Part shown: one piece after another, positions 12,872 through 24,405 of the stretch
How positions within the stretch are numbered: position 1 is the first letter of the stretch
How the letters are laid out: each line of letters starts with the position of its first letter
Assembly: GCA_964016885.1 (NCBI GenBank)
Contig: OZ024741.1
Location: 2,170,001 to 2,234,000, forward strand
Source of the DNA: Eledone cirrhosa
Taxonomy: Eukaryota
Reading direction: 5' to 3'
DNA length: 64,000 nucleotides
Made by a program: the position numbers and the translations under genes
The notes under the pieces: model-generated
The model's input: the letters and a program-made list of their open reading frames with translations, nothing else
Databases searched by the model: none
What the model was told of the DNA's origin: nothing

Positions 12872-14249
12872 AGGACGGCGGATTGGCAGTATCGCTAGAG
12901 GGTCGCACGCCATGCTAGGGCGGTGGATTGGCAGTATCGCTAGAGAGTCGCACGCCATGCTAGGGCGGTGGATTGGCAGTATCGCTAGAGGGTCGCACGC
13001 CATGCTAGGGCGGTGGATTGGCAGTATCGCTAGAGGGTCGCACGCCATGCTAGAGCGGTGGATTGGCAGTATCGCTAGAGGGTCGCACGCCATGCTAGGG
13101 CGGTGGATTGGCAGTATCGCTAGAGGGTCGCACGCCATGCTAGGGCGGTGGATTGGCAGTATCGCTAGAGGGTCGCACGCCATGCTAGGGCGGTGGATTG
13201 GCAGTATCGCTAGAGGGTCGCACGCCATGCTAGGGCGGTGGATTGGCAGTATCGCTAGAGGGTCGCACGCCATGCTAGGGCGGTGGATTGGCAGTATCGC
13301 TAGAGGGTCGCACGCCATGCTAGGGCGGTGGATTGGCAGTATCGCTAGAGGGTCGCACGCCATGCTAGGGCGGTGGATTGGCAGTATCGCTAGAGGGTCG
13401 CACGCCATGCTAGGGCGGTGGATTGGCAGTATCGCTAGAGGGTCGCACGCCATGCTAGGGCGGTGGATTGGCAGTATCGCGCTAGAGGGTCGGACGCCAT
13501 GCTAGGGCGGCGGATTGGCAGAATCGGTAGAGGTCGGACACCATGCTAGGGCGGTGGATTGGCAGTATCGCGCTAGAGGGTCGGACGCCATGCTAGGGCG
13601 GCGGATTGGCAGTATCGCTAGAGGGTCGCACGCCATGCTAGGACGGTGGATTGGCAGTATCGCTAGAGGGTCGCACGCCATGCTAGGGCGGTGGATTGGC
13701 AGTATCGCGCTAGAGGGTCGGACGCCATGCTAGGGCGGCGGATTGGCAGAATCGGTAGAGGTCGGACACCATGCTAGGGCGGTGGATTGGCAGTATCGCG
13801 CTAGAGGGTCGGACGCCATGCTAGGGCGGCGGATTGGCAGTATCGCTAGAGGGTCGCACGCCATGCTAGGGCGGTGGATTGGCAGTATCGCGCTAGAGGG
13901 TCGGACGCCATGCTAGGGCGGTGGATTGGCAGAATCGGTAGAGGTCGGACACCATGCTAGGGCGGTGGATTGGCAGTATCGTGCTAGAGGGTCGGACGCC
14001 ATACTAGGGCGGTGGATTGGCAGTATCGCTAGAGGGTCGCACGCCATGCTAGGGCGGTGGATTGGCAGTATCGGTAGAGAGTCGGACACCATGCTAGGGC
14101 GGTGGATTGGCAGTATCGGTAGAGAGTCGGACACCATGCTAGGGCGGTGGATTGGCAGTATCGGTAGAGGGTCGGACGCCATGCTAGGGCGGTGGATTGG
14201 CAGTATCGCTAGAGGGTCAGACGTTATGCTAGGGCGGTGGATTGGCAGC
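12872..14249 (+). repeat. 45-bp tandem array of the SINE family 1 head (about 30 copies)
   Basis: Unit GGGCGGTGGATTGGCAGTATCGCTAGAGGGTCGCACGCCATGCTA closely matches the first ~45 nt of the intact SINE at 15340. Confidence 0.93.
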
Positions 14250-14600
14250 AAAGAGTTATGTCCCTTTATGGTCTGAGTTCAAATCCCGCCGAGGTTAACT
14301 TTGCCTTTCATCCTTACGGGGTCGATAAAATAAAGTATCAGTAATACACTGGGATAATTGCTGGCCTTGTGCCAAAAGTAGAAACAATTATTATTATTAG
14401 TGAATTGGCAGAATCGGTAGAGCGACGGACAATATGCTTGACGACATATAGTTGCAGCCCTTTACGTTCTGAGTTCAAATCCCGCCGAGGTTAACTTTAC
14501 CTTTCATCCTTACGGAGTCAATAAAATAAAGCACCAGTAATGCTCTGGGGTCGATTTAATCGACTTTCCCCTCCTTAAATGTGTTGACCTTATGGAATAA
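14250..14600 (+). mobile_element. SINE family 1 body completing the array, followed by a second tandem SINE copy (14399-14600)
   Basis: B box GAGTTCAAATCCC, conserved body, (ATT)n tail at about 14388-14398. Confidence 0.88.
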
Positions 14601-14609
14601 GGAATATAA

Positions 14610-15320
14610 TCAAATAAAGTTATGTAAACAAATTGCATGATTCTTCCTCTCACAGAGATCGTGTGTTTCTCAATACGTGACCCAGTCAAAACAATTGCTC
14701 GCACTTCTTCCAATAATAGTAAGCCAGAGATTATTCTAAAATAATTTTCTCTTCGTTCTTTTTTATATCATTCCTATTGTTCCTTCAATCATTAATATGG
14801 TAACAAGTTCGGAGCCATAGTTTTTCAATTTCAATTAACAAATCTTTATATTTTCTGAGCTTGTCAAATTCTATAACGGCAATATTGTGATCACATGGGA
14901 TGCTCATATTAATCAATAACCAAACTTTGTTATTTTGGTCTTTTACAATAATATCCGGTCTGGTAGTTTTGATAGTTCTGTCTGAATATAGAGAAGAGTC
15001 CCAATAACTTGTTACCTTTTCTCCCTCAGGTACAGTCTCAGGGAGATGATCTACCACTTGTCAGCAGTTTTGATTTTATAATTGTTTCTACTTTTGGCAC
15101 AAGACCAGCAAATATCCCTGGTACTTTATTTTATCGACCCCCGTAAGGATGAAAGGCAAAGTTAACTTCGGCGGGATTTGAACTCAGAATGGCAAGGGCC
15201 GTAACTCTATGCTGCAAAGCATGGCGTCCGACCCTCTACTGATACTGCCAATTCCCTGATTGATTTTATAATGCCGACATATTAACCAGTGTAAATATTG
15301 ACCAACTCTGTCATGTCTAT
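14610..15320 (-). mobile_element. Degenerate R4/Dong-clade fragment, copy C, split by a SINE
   Basis: RHDRVGQYLHWLICRHYKI (15260-15320) joins KTADKW...HLPETV...RPDIIVKD...DKLRKYKDLLIEIEKLW (14800-15082). 5' end abuts (TAA)n-like sequence. Confidence 0.85.
15083..15259 (-). mobile_element. SINE family 1 inserted in R4 copy C, with a 13-bp target-site duplication (TSD)
   Basis: TTGATTTTATAAT at 15070-15082 and at 15260-15272. Confidence 0.88.
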
Positions 15321-15339
15321 TATTATTATAGTTATTATT

Positions 15340-15780
15340 AGGGCGATGAATTGGCAGTATCGGTAGAGGGTCGGACGCCATGCTTTGACGCATAGAGTTA
15401 CGGCCCTTGCTATTCTGAGTTCAAATCCCGCAAAGGTTAACTTTGCCTTTCATCCTTACGGGGTCGATCAAATAAAGCACCAGTAGTGTACTGGATAATT
15501 GCTGGCCTTGTGCCTAAAGTAGAAACAATTATAGTTATTATTAAGGCAATGAATTGACAGAATCGGTACAGCTTCGGACAACGTACTTAACGACAAAGAG
15601 TTACAGCCCTTTACGTTCAGAGTTCAAATCCCGCCGAGATTAACTTTGCCTTTCATCTTTCCGGGTCGATAAAATAAAGTACCAGTCACGCACTAGAGTC
15701 GACTTAATCGACTTCCCCGCCCTCCTTTCAATTGCTGGCCTTGTGCCTAAGAGAGAAACTATTAACATTATTATTATTGA
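15340..15780 (+). mobile_element. Two tandem full-length SINE family 1 copies
   Basis: A box TGGCAGTATCGG or TGACAGAATCGG, B box GAGTTCAAATCCC, (ATT)n tails. Confidence 0.9.
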
Positions 15781-16393
15781 TTAGTTGTTTGATTTCTGAA
15801 TTAAAAGTCTGATTGATTAGTAGAATTGTTAAAACATGGAACAAAATATTTTACAATATTTATTTCGTCTGGAGTCGATAACAAATGTTTTAAACGACTC
15901 CAAAATATCTCGCGCTTTTCTTTCTCTCTCTCCTCTCTTTTAACAAGACTTCATTTATATTTCCCACTTTTTTGCATTAATATTTGCACGACCGGCTTGA
16001 CCCCTATCCTGCTCTGTTTCCCGGCGTGACACATTTTTTACATGCTTATGTACTTCCTATTCTTTCCTCTTTCTCTGTGTTGTGTTGTCTCATATACAAC
16101 TTTCCGGTGGGTTGTTTAAGACAACATGAAATCTGAGCTCAATATTATGCAATCTTACTCTTATGCACAAAATTGCATTATTTAAAAGGTGGCTGACGAG
16201 TAAGTTGCATGATTTTTGTTTGTTGGTTACACGTGTTTCAGATGTTCTCTTTGTGCAATGGAAATATATAAATGTATATATTTAATGTAGAAAGGCTTCT
16301 ACAGGACTAGAACTGTTTCATTCCGGAGAAATCATCTGCTTTGTATTGAGTACCTTACTTACTGTGGTTATCCCCGATTGAACCCGGGATAAA

Positions 16394-16454
<61 letters not shown>

Positions 16455-16497
16455 ATGATATTAATAAATGGAAACTATCTTTATAAAACTATATTTA

Positions 16498-16554
16498 TTT
16501 TATTATATATATTTCAAGGGTACCAAAATGTTGGTACGCCCTCATCAGATAAAA
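16498..16554 (-). ncRNA. Type I hammerhead ribozyme in a Penelope-like terminal-repeat (pLTR) fragment
   Basis: Minus strand: TTTTAT CTGATGA GGGCGTACCAA-cat-TTTGGTACCCTT GAAA TATATA TA ATAAAA. Stem I is TTTTAT/ATAAAA. The surrounding ~135 bp recur at 53889-54025. Confidence 0.75.
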
Positions 16555-16723
16555 TACAAAAATTGTTTTATAAATATTGACATATCCAAAAAAACAAGAA
16601 CTTATCGTTTTAAGTTCATATATTAATATCATTGATATTATACTCCAGAAGAATTCCTGTAGAGTGCTTCGAATCTGTTATAAATAAATTTGTTGAATAG
16701 CCAACAAACTAAATATCTCTTTG

Positions 16724-16796
<73 letters not shown>

Positions 16797-17599
16797 TCAA
16801 GCGATGTTTGTGGCTTTCTTGTAGGATTGTCAGAAATGAAAGGTGGCTATGTGTTGGAAGCGGCTCCGAGTAGGTTTGTAAATATTAAAGAAACAGAAGT
16901 GAATGAGAGATGAGAGAGCTGAGGAAGACAAACAAGAATTCGAGAAATATTTAATAGTCCCAATATAGTTCGGATGGACATCCATTATGAGGCAATCCAT
17001 TGGGAACTTTGTAGAATGGCGGAGCGGATATTTCTCTGCCGCTGGGTCATTCCTCTGATATATACAAGTACATTTGGATATACAAATGAAGAAACAAATG
17101 CTCAATACTAGTATATATAAATATATATATATATAAAGAGATTACGCAATAGTGATTGCCTAAACACGAGAAATTAATTTTTCACACGTTGTCCACACGT
17201 CGCCAAACACCTATTACATAACTACAAGGTTCCGGACTGATTCTTTGTAATTTTATTTTCAACCTAAAAACTTTTCGGAATTTCGCAGTTATCTCCCTTA
17301 CACCTCTCGCACGCAGGCTAGTATTGCCTGTGTAAAGTGACCGGGTTTCTGCGCATGCGCGTTCGTACGTTTTTCCTTCCTGTTCCTATAACCATGCCCA
17401 TTCCGAGCTGAGGATCCGCTAAGGTGAAACAATTGTTCTCGGTATGGTGAACTAACTGTTGTGTAACCACTTCTATATATATATATATATTTGTGTGTGT
17501 GTGTGTGTGTGTGTGTGTGAGTCGGGTTCAATCGGGGTAACCACAGTAAGTATGGTACTCAATACATAGCAGAGTGTAAGTTTTTGATATAGAAATGGT

Positions 17600-17690
17600 T
17601 TCCACGGGACTACAACTGTTTCATTTGAATGAAATCATCAGGAAAGCCTTGATGATTTCCTTCCAATGAAACAGTTCTAGTCCTGTAAAA
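17600..17690. ncRNA. Inverted pair of degenerate hammerhead motifs; same family at 16295-16340 and 30295-30340
   Basis: TGATGA-stem-TGAAACAGTTCTAGTCCTGT on the + strand and a mirror copy on the - strand. Confidence 0.55.
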
Positions 17691-17888
17691 ACAATTTCTA
17701 TATTCAATGCATGGACACACTGGAAGAGGAAAAACGATGTTAACATATGTTGATGCCCGATGGACAGACACTAGTCTCTTGGAGACGCTGGACATGGCAG
17801 AGATAATGAGGGACAGAGACCACTGGAGAGAAGTCGTCCATGGATCTCGGGAATTTTACCCGCCCTATATATATATATATATATATAA

Positions 17889-18024
17889 ATGAAAATAGAC
17901 CGAGAAGAAACAGGACTGTCCATCATCAGTAGTCTGCTGATTATCATTGGTATTTCTTCGCATACTAATGATAATCAGCAGACTACTGATGATGGACAAT
18001 CCTGTTTCTTGGTCTATTTTCATT
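17889..18024. repeat. Fold-back inverted repeat (~63-bp arms) beside (TA)n
   Basis: ATGAAAATAGACC...CTGATTATCATT pairs with AATGATAATCAG...GGTCTATTTTCAT. Confidence 0.85.
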
Positions 18025-18214
18025 CATATGTTCACATTCGCAACAACGCAGCACGCCATTTTTTCATTCATATATATATATATATAACATAAATGCACAC
18101 TAATATATATACATACATACAAACGTATGCATATATGTTTGTATGCATTATGTTTTATGTATGTAGGTATGCATTTATGTTATATATAGATAGATAGATA
18201 CATATGTACTCTCT

Positions 18215-18245
<31 letters not shown>

Positions 18246-18281
18246 ATATAATAAAGGGACGATATATATATATATATATAT

Positions 18282-19418
18282 ATGTATAAAGAAACAGTCA
18301 GCAAGGTTAGAATTAACAACGAATATAGTGAAGAGTTTAGCGTAAAAGTTGGCGTCCATCAGGGCTCTGTTCTCAGCCCCCTACTATTTATTATTGCCCT
18401 TCAGGCTATAACAGAGGAGTTCAAGACCGGCTGCCCATGGGAACTCCTATACGCAGACGACCTGACACTCATAGCGGAATCAATGGCCGAGCTAGAGAAG
18501 AAATTCCAAACATGGAAGCACGGCCTAGAATCAAAAGGACTTAAAATTAACCTGGCTAAGACTAAAGTTCTAGTTTGTAGGAAAGAAAACAAGGCGGCGG
18601 TCCCTTCTGGGAAATGGTCGTGCTCGGTGTGTAGGAAAGGCGTAGGTAGAAACTCCATTTTATGTCCTAAATGCAAAGTATGGGTGCATAAAAGATGTAG
18701 TGGGATCACAGGTAAGCTATCTAAGAACATAGATTTTACATGTGGCCGGTGTTCTGGTGCAATAAGTAGCAGCAAGTGCCCACAAAATACTAGCTCTTTC
18801 AATTGCGCAGAGGGTTCTATAGAAATAGTGGACAGCTTCCGTTACCTGGGCGATAAAATCAGCAGTGGGGGAGGGTGCTCTGAAAGTACTGTAGCTAGAG
18901 TCAGAACTGGTTGGAAAAAGTTCAGAGAGCTTATACCACTATTAGCTGCTAAAGGGTTCTCCCTAAAAATGAAAGGCAGGTTGTACGATGCCTGCATACG
19001 AACAGCAATGTTGCATGGCAGTGAGACCTGGGCATTGTGTGCAGAGGATATACGCAGACTAGAGAGGAACGAAGCTTGCATGCTCCGCTGGATGTGTAAC
19101 AGTAATATACGTGAACGGCAAAGCATAAACGAACTAAGGAAAAAATTAGAAATAAGAGGGATCAGATGTTGTTTACTCGAGAGAAGGCTACGTTGGTATG
19201 GACACGTGATGCGCATGAAAGTCGATAGCTGTATAACAAAGTGCAGGGCAATAAAGATAGACGGTAGCCACGGAATAGGCAGACCTAGAAAAACCTGGGA
19301 CGAGCTGATAAACTCCGACCTCACACACTTACACCTCTCCAAGACAATGTCACTGGATCGAGACCTTTGGCGGTACTCAGTAACAGAGAAGACCCGCCTT
19401 GCCAGTAGGCATCTCTAA
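18282..19418 (+). CDS. RTE-clade RT, C-terminal half (5'-truncated) with an internal PHD-like finger
   Basis: GVHQGSVLSPLLF, LLYADDL, KINLAKTK, FRYLG, HGSETW, RLRWYGHVMR, GRPRKTW. 378 codons without a stop; starts abruptly at (TA)n. Confidence 0.92.
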   Translation: MYKETVSKVRINNEYSEEFSVKVGVHQGSVLSPLLFIIALQAITEEFKTGCPWELLYADDLTLIAESMAELEKKFQTWKHGLESKGLKINLAKTKVLVCRKENKAAVPSGKWSCSVCRKGVGRNSILCPKCKVWVHKRCSGITGKLSKNIDFTCGRCSGAISSSKCPQNTSSFNCAEGSIEIVDSFRYLGDKISSGGGCSESTVARVRTGWKKFRELIPLLAAKGFSLKMKGRLYDACIRTAMLHGSETWALCAEDIRRLERNEACMLRWMCNSNIRERQSINELRKKLEIRGIRCCLLERRLRWYGHVMRMKVDSCITKCRAIKIDGSHGIGRPRKTWDELINSDLTHLHLSKTMSLDRDLWRYSVTEKTRLASRHL

Positions 19419-19765
19419 CAAAATACACCCCCCACCCCACCCCACCCCATCCACACCACCCCGTTCTATGTAAAGTTATGTTGGTGCCGCGCCATCCAGG
19501 CCGAAACAAATGAGATCGTGTAGGTGTCACGACAAAAAAACACACAGTCCACGCTGTAATGTGGCCGTGTAGGCAACACGGTAAAAACCTCCCAGACCCA
19601 CACTGTAAATGTGGTTGGTGTTAGGAAGGGCATCCAACTGTAGAAAACCTGCCAGACAGTCCTATGCGAGCAAGACAATCACTCTTGCCTCAAGTGGGAC
19701 TACCCCCGTCCAAACCCATGCAAGCGTGGAACACGGACGTTAAACGTTGATGATGATGATGATGA

Positions 19766-19769
<4 letters not shown>
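18282..19769 (+). mobile_element. 5'-truncated RTE LINE with 3' UTR and (GAT)n tail
   Basis: The ORF above, then GTTGGTGTTAGGAAGGGCATCCA...CGGACGTTAAACG(T)TGATGATGAT. Part of the UTR recurs at about 29900-30040. Confidence 0.88.
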
Positions 19770-19809
<40 letters not shown>

Positions 19810-19910
19810 GGTGACCTCCCCTTCCCTTTTGCCGGTCCTTCTAGCACTGACGGAGACCATCACTGAATATTAATATCGATATAGTTTTTTATATTGATAT
19901 TGCATGAGCA

Positions 19911-20033
19911 TCCACTGATGAGTTATAAGGGCCCACTTGTGTGTATATCTATGGATTATATACAAGCTTCTACATAACTTGGACATTATTTCTCCCATCT
20001 TGTAGAAATCTTATAACGAAACGATCGTATGGA
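19911..20033 (+). ncRNA. Type I hammerhead ribozyme with an 80-nt loop II
   Basis: TCCA CTGATGA GTTATAAG [80 nt] CTTATAAC GAAA C-GATC-G TA TGGA. All core nucleotides and three stems intact; GUA triplet at 20027-20029. Confidence 0.8.
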
Positions 20034-20212
20034 AAGAAAGAGATATTTATTTAATTATGTCTCGTATAAAATAATACAACCACCTATCCACGGAATACTA
20101 TAGTTAGCACCCCAAACACATAATTGGGATTATACTTAGGTATATCCTAATGTTTGTTGAGTGAGATGGAGTTGGTCAGAGTATCGCTAAAAGCTTTCTC
20201 TGTTAATGTATT

Positions 20213-20521
<309 letters not shown>

Positions 20522-20795
20522 TGTTTGCCTTTCATTCGTTCAGTCCATAGTCTTTCTTTCACTACTTCCCCGGTTCTTCACACAGAGATATCAGAAATTC
20601 AAGCTTCCTTTCATTGAAGGCAATATGTCTGCCATTGTAACAAGTTGGTCATAAACCGGAAGTGGGAGGAGATGGGCCCCTTTACACTGTTTTATGTAGT
20701 TTGTGGGGGAATGGTATTAATAACCATAATAATGATGATGATAGTGGAGGCAGGGTGATGGTGGGGGTATGGTAGTAGTAGTGGTAGTGGTAGTG

Positions 20796-20842
<47 letters not shown>

Positions 20843-20858
20843 GGTGGTGGTGATGTTG

Positions 20859-20909
<51 letters not shown>

Positions 20910-20930
20910 TTGGTGGTGGTGGTGGTAATG

Positions 20931-20969
<39 letters not shown>

Positions 20970-21019
20970 TTGTATTGATTGTGTAACGGTGAATATGTCG
21001 ACAGACGTGAAATAATTGT

Positions 21020-22445
21020 GGTTGGGGTCGTGTGGTTTTGTGGTGGCGTCGTGTGGTTTAATGGTGAGGTCGTGGGGTTTAGTTGTGGGGTCGTGTGGTT
21101 TAGTGGTGGGGTCGTGTTGCTTTAGTGGTAGGGTCGTGTGGTTTAGTGGTTGGGTCGTGTGGCTTAGTGGTGGGGTCGTGTGGGTTTAGTGGTAGGGTCG
21201 TGGGGTTTAGTGGTGGGGTCGTGGGGTTTAGTGGTGGGGTCGTGTGGTTTAGTGGTGGGGTCGTCTGGTTTTGTGGTGGGGTCGTGTGGTTTAGTGGTGG
21301 GGTCGTGTGAGTTTAGTGGTGGGTTGTGTGGTTTAGTGGTGGGGTCGTGGGGTTTAGTGGGGGAGTCGTGTGGTTTAGTGGTGGGGTCGTGTGGTTTAGT
21401 GGTGGGGTCGTGTGGTTCAGTGGTGGGGTCGTCTGGTTTTGTGGTGGGGTCTTGTGGTTTAGTGGTGGGGTCGTGTGGGTTTAGTGGTGGGTCGTGTGGT
21501 TTAGTGGTGGCGTCGTGTGGTTTAGTGGTGGGGTCGTGTGGGTTTAGTGGTGGGGTCGTGTGGTTTAGTGGTAAGGTCTTGTGGGTTTAGTGGTGGGGTC
21601 GTGTGGTTTAGTGGTGGGGTCATGTGGTTTAGTGGTGGGGTCGTGTGGGTTTAGTGGTGGAGTGTGTGGCTTAGTGGTGGGGTCGTGTGGTTTAGTGGTG
21701 GGGTCGTGTGGCTTTCGTGATGGAGTCGTGTGGTTTAGTGGTAAGGTCTTGTGGGTTTAGTGGTGGGGTCGTGTGATTTAGTGGTGGGGTCATGTGGTTT
21801 AGTGGTGGGGTCGTGTGGGTTTAGTGGTGGAGTGTGTGGCTTAGTGGTGGGGTCGTGTGGTTTTCGTGGTGGAGTCGTGTGGTTTAGTGGTGGGGTCGTG
21901 TGGTTTAGTGGTGGGGTCGTGTGGTGTAGTGGTGGGGTCGTGGGGTTTAGTTGTGTGGTCGTGTGGTTTATGGTGGGGTCGTGTGGTTTAGTGGTGGGGT
22001 CGTGTGGGTTTAGTGGTGGGGTCGTGTGGGTTTAGTTGTGGGGTCGTGTGGTTTAGTGGTGGGGTCGTGTAGGTTTAGTGGTGGAGTCGTGTGGTTTAGT
22101 GGTGGAGTCGTGTGGTTTAGTGGTGGGGTCGTGTGGGTTTAGTGGTGGGGTCGTGTGGTTTAGTGGTAAGGTCTTGTGGGTTTAGTGGTGGGGTCGTGTG
22201 GTTTAGTGGTGGGGTCGTGTGGGTTTAGTGGTGGGGTCGTGTGGGTTTAGTGGTGGGGTCGTGTGGTTTAGTGGTGGGGTCGTGTGGTTTTGTGGTGGGG
22301 CCGTGTGCTTTAGTGGTGGGGTCGTGTGGTTTAGTGGTGGGGTCGTGTGGTTTTGTGGTGGGGCCGTGGGGTTTAGTGGTGGTGTCGTGTGGTTTAGTGG
22401 TGGGGTCGTGGGGTTTAGTGGTGGGGTCGTCTGGTTTAGTGGTGA
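21020..22445. repeat. G-rich 21-22-bp minisatellite (GGGGTCGTGTGGTTTAGTGGT), about 65 copies
   Basis: Direct inspection. Confidence 0.96.
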
Positions 22446-23714
22446 TGTGATAGTAGCAACAATGTAATTTATATATGGACTCCTGTTTCCCTGCAGTGAC
22501 ATAAACCTGGCAAACCCCGTCACCCTCACGTCTACAGAAGGGGAGAGGCTGAGAGAATGGGAGAAAGAGAGAGGAAGAATGGACTCCAATACTAGACTGA
22601 TGCTGGTGGTAGTGGTGGTGGTGGTGGTAGTGTTGGTGGTAGTGGTGGTGATGGTGGTGGTGGTGATGGTAGTGGTGGTACTGATGGTAGTGGTGGTGAT
22701 GGTAGTGGTGGTACTGATGGTAGTGGTGGTGATGATGATGGTAGTGGTGATGATGATGGTGATGATGCTGATGGTGGGATTCGAAGAAGGAATATCATTT
22801 GTGGTGATAGAAGCGGTCAATTAATAAGTGTTTGCTGTTGTTTAACCCTTGATCAAGTCTAATCGGCAGACCCATAATCAATGGTATCCCAGCCGTGACT
22901 ATCCAGCTTTTTTCCGAATCACAACTGTACAGATTGCATTTAACATGTTCCTTTTTAAAGGGATATTTGACTGTTATTTCTAGCAGGGTCAATGGCAATA
23001 TATAACGTCTCCTTCCTCATTTGGATGTGTTTTAATAGTGTTGGTTGTGGCGTCGGTATTATGATGGTGATGATGATGATGGTAGTGTTGTTGCTTTATT
23101 GTTCTTGTTGCTGTTGTTGTTGCTTATAATATTGCTGCTATTATTGTTAGTGTTGTTGTTGTTACCTTCGCTGGTAAAATGAAGTGTGCTAGTAAATGAG
23201 GGGTGGCGGGGTTAAAAGTGATAGAAGGAGATCTCACTGTAAGAATATATACAAGTGAAATGTTAGTGCGGGAGGTGGTAGGGACGGTAGCAGTAGTGGT
23301 GGTGAGAGGGCGGGGAAGGAGGAAAGAAAAGAGAGAGAGAGAGAGATGCTGGGTTGGTTGTAGGACAGGACGAACAGGGATGGTCAGGGGTTGTTAAAGA
23401 CTGGTTTGTAAAGGAGAGGTGCTAAAATTTGTGGGACATCCTTTTTGACAAGTGTACTTAAACCTTCACATGAGAGTGGTTTGGTTGTCTGGGTGGTTGG
23501 TTTTATTTATTTCAACCCCAGTGGTACCAGAGACCTGGGTGGCAGAGGTTTGGGGTTGAAAACTTAAAAATAGATTTGTTTGTTTTTTCTGTGTTTAATG
23601 TTTAATGTTTATTTTTTCATGGGGAGGAGTTTGTAGTACTCCATAGATTTTTCACCACGAACTATAGTTAAAAGTACCCCAGTACAATGAGGTATGTTTC
23701 TCAGCTCTCTCTCT

Positions 23715-23768
<54 letters not shown>

Positions 23769-23933
23769 TATATATAGAGTTATAAACTCAAACAGTCTTT
23801 TACAATTAATTAGCTCAAAGAAAGAAGTATTTCTGAGCCGTGAAATACAAGTTAATATAAATTAATATATGATAAACACTAATACAATCATATAAGTGTT
23901 TGTACTGCAAATGACCAAGTTAGCTAGATTGAA

Positions 23934-24257
23934 ATATACAAATTAGATTAATACAGTTTGCCTGTCTCGATTTAAAATAATAAATCAATAAAAAAAAAAA
24001 CCATATTGGCAATAGCCGTGATACCTGGATAAATTTAAATTTTAAAATCGAAACCTGTTCCATAGACAAGTTTAAATTTTAAAACCCAAATAATTTGGGT
24101 TTTGAAATTTGGGTTTTGAAATTTAAACTTGTCTACGGAACAGGTTTGGAATTTTGAAATTTAAATTTGTCCAGGTATCACGGCTATTGCCAATATGGGT
24201 TTGTTTTTATTGATTTATTATTTTAAATCGAGACAGGCAAACTGTATTAATCTAATT

Positions 24258-24265
<8 letters not shown>
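23934..24265. repeat. ~330-bp imperfect palindrome ending at (TA)n
   Basis: TACAAATTAGATTAATACAGTTTGCCTG...AACCCAAA pairs with TTTGGGTT...CAGGCAAACTGTATTAATCTAATTTGTA. Confidence 0.92.
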
Positions 24266-24303
<38 letters not shown>

Positions 24304-24349
24304 AATAACAGGAGGCTGGACTGGCGTAAATCCTTAAAAGGTTTATTAT

Positions 24350-24405
24350 ACTATGATCATTTCAATGACCAGGTTCAGTATGAATCCGGTGACATCATCA
24401 GGCAT
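24350..24405 (-). ncRNA. Hammerhead motif, long-stem-II family, copy 1
   Basis: Minus strand: CTGATGA TGTCACCGGATTC-atact-GAACCTGGTCATT GAAA TGATCATA. Confidence 0.65.

Noticed and set aside
12872-14249. CRISPR array, or repeat protein (MLGRWIGSIARGSHA)n
   Set aside because: There are no spacers and the unit is a SINE head. The frame stays open only because 45 is a multiple of 3.
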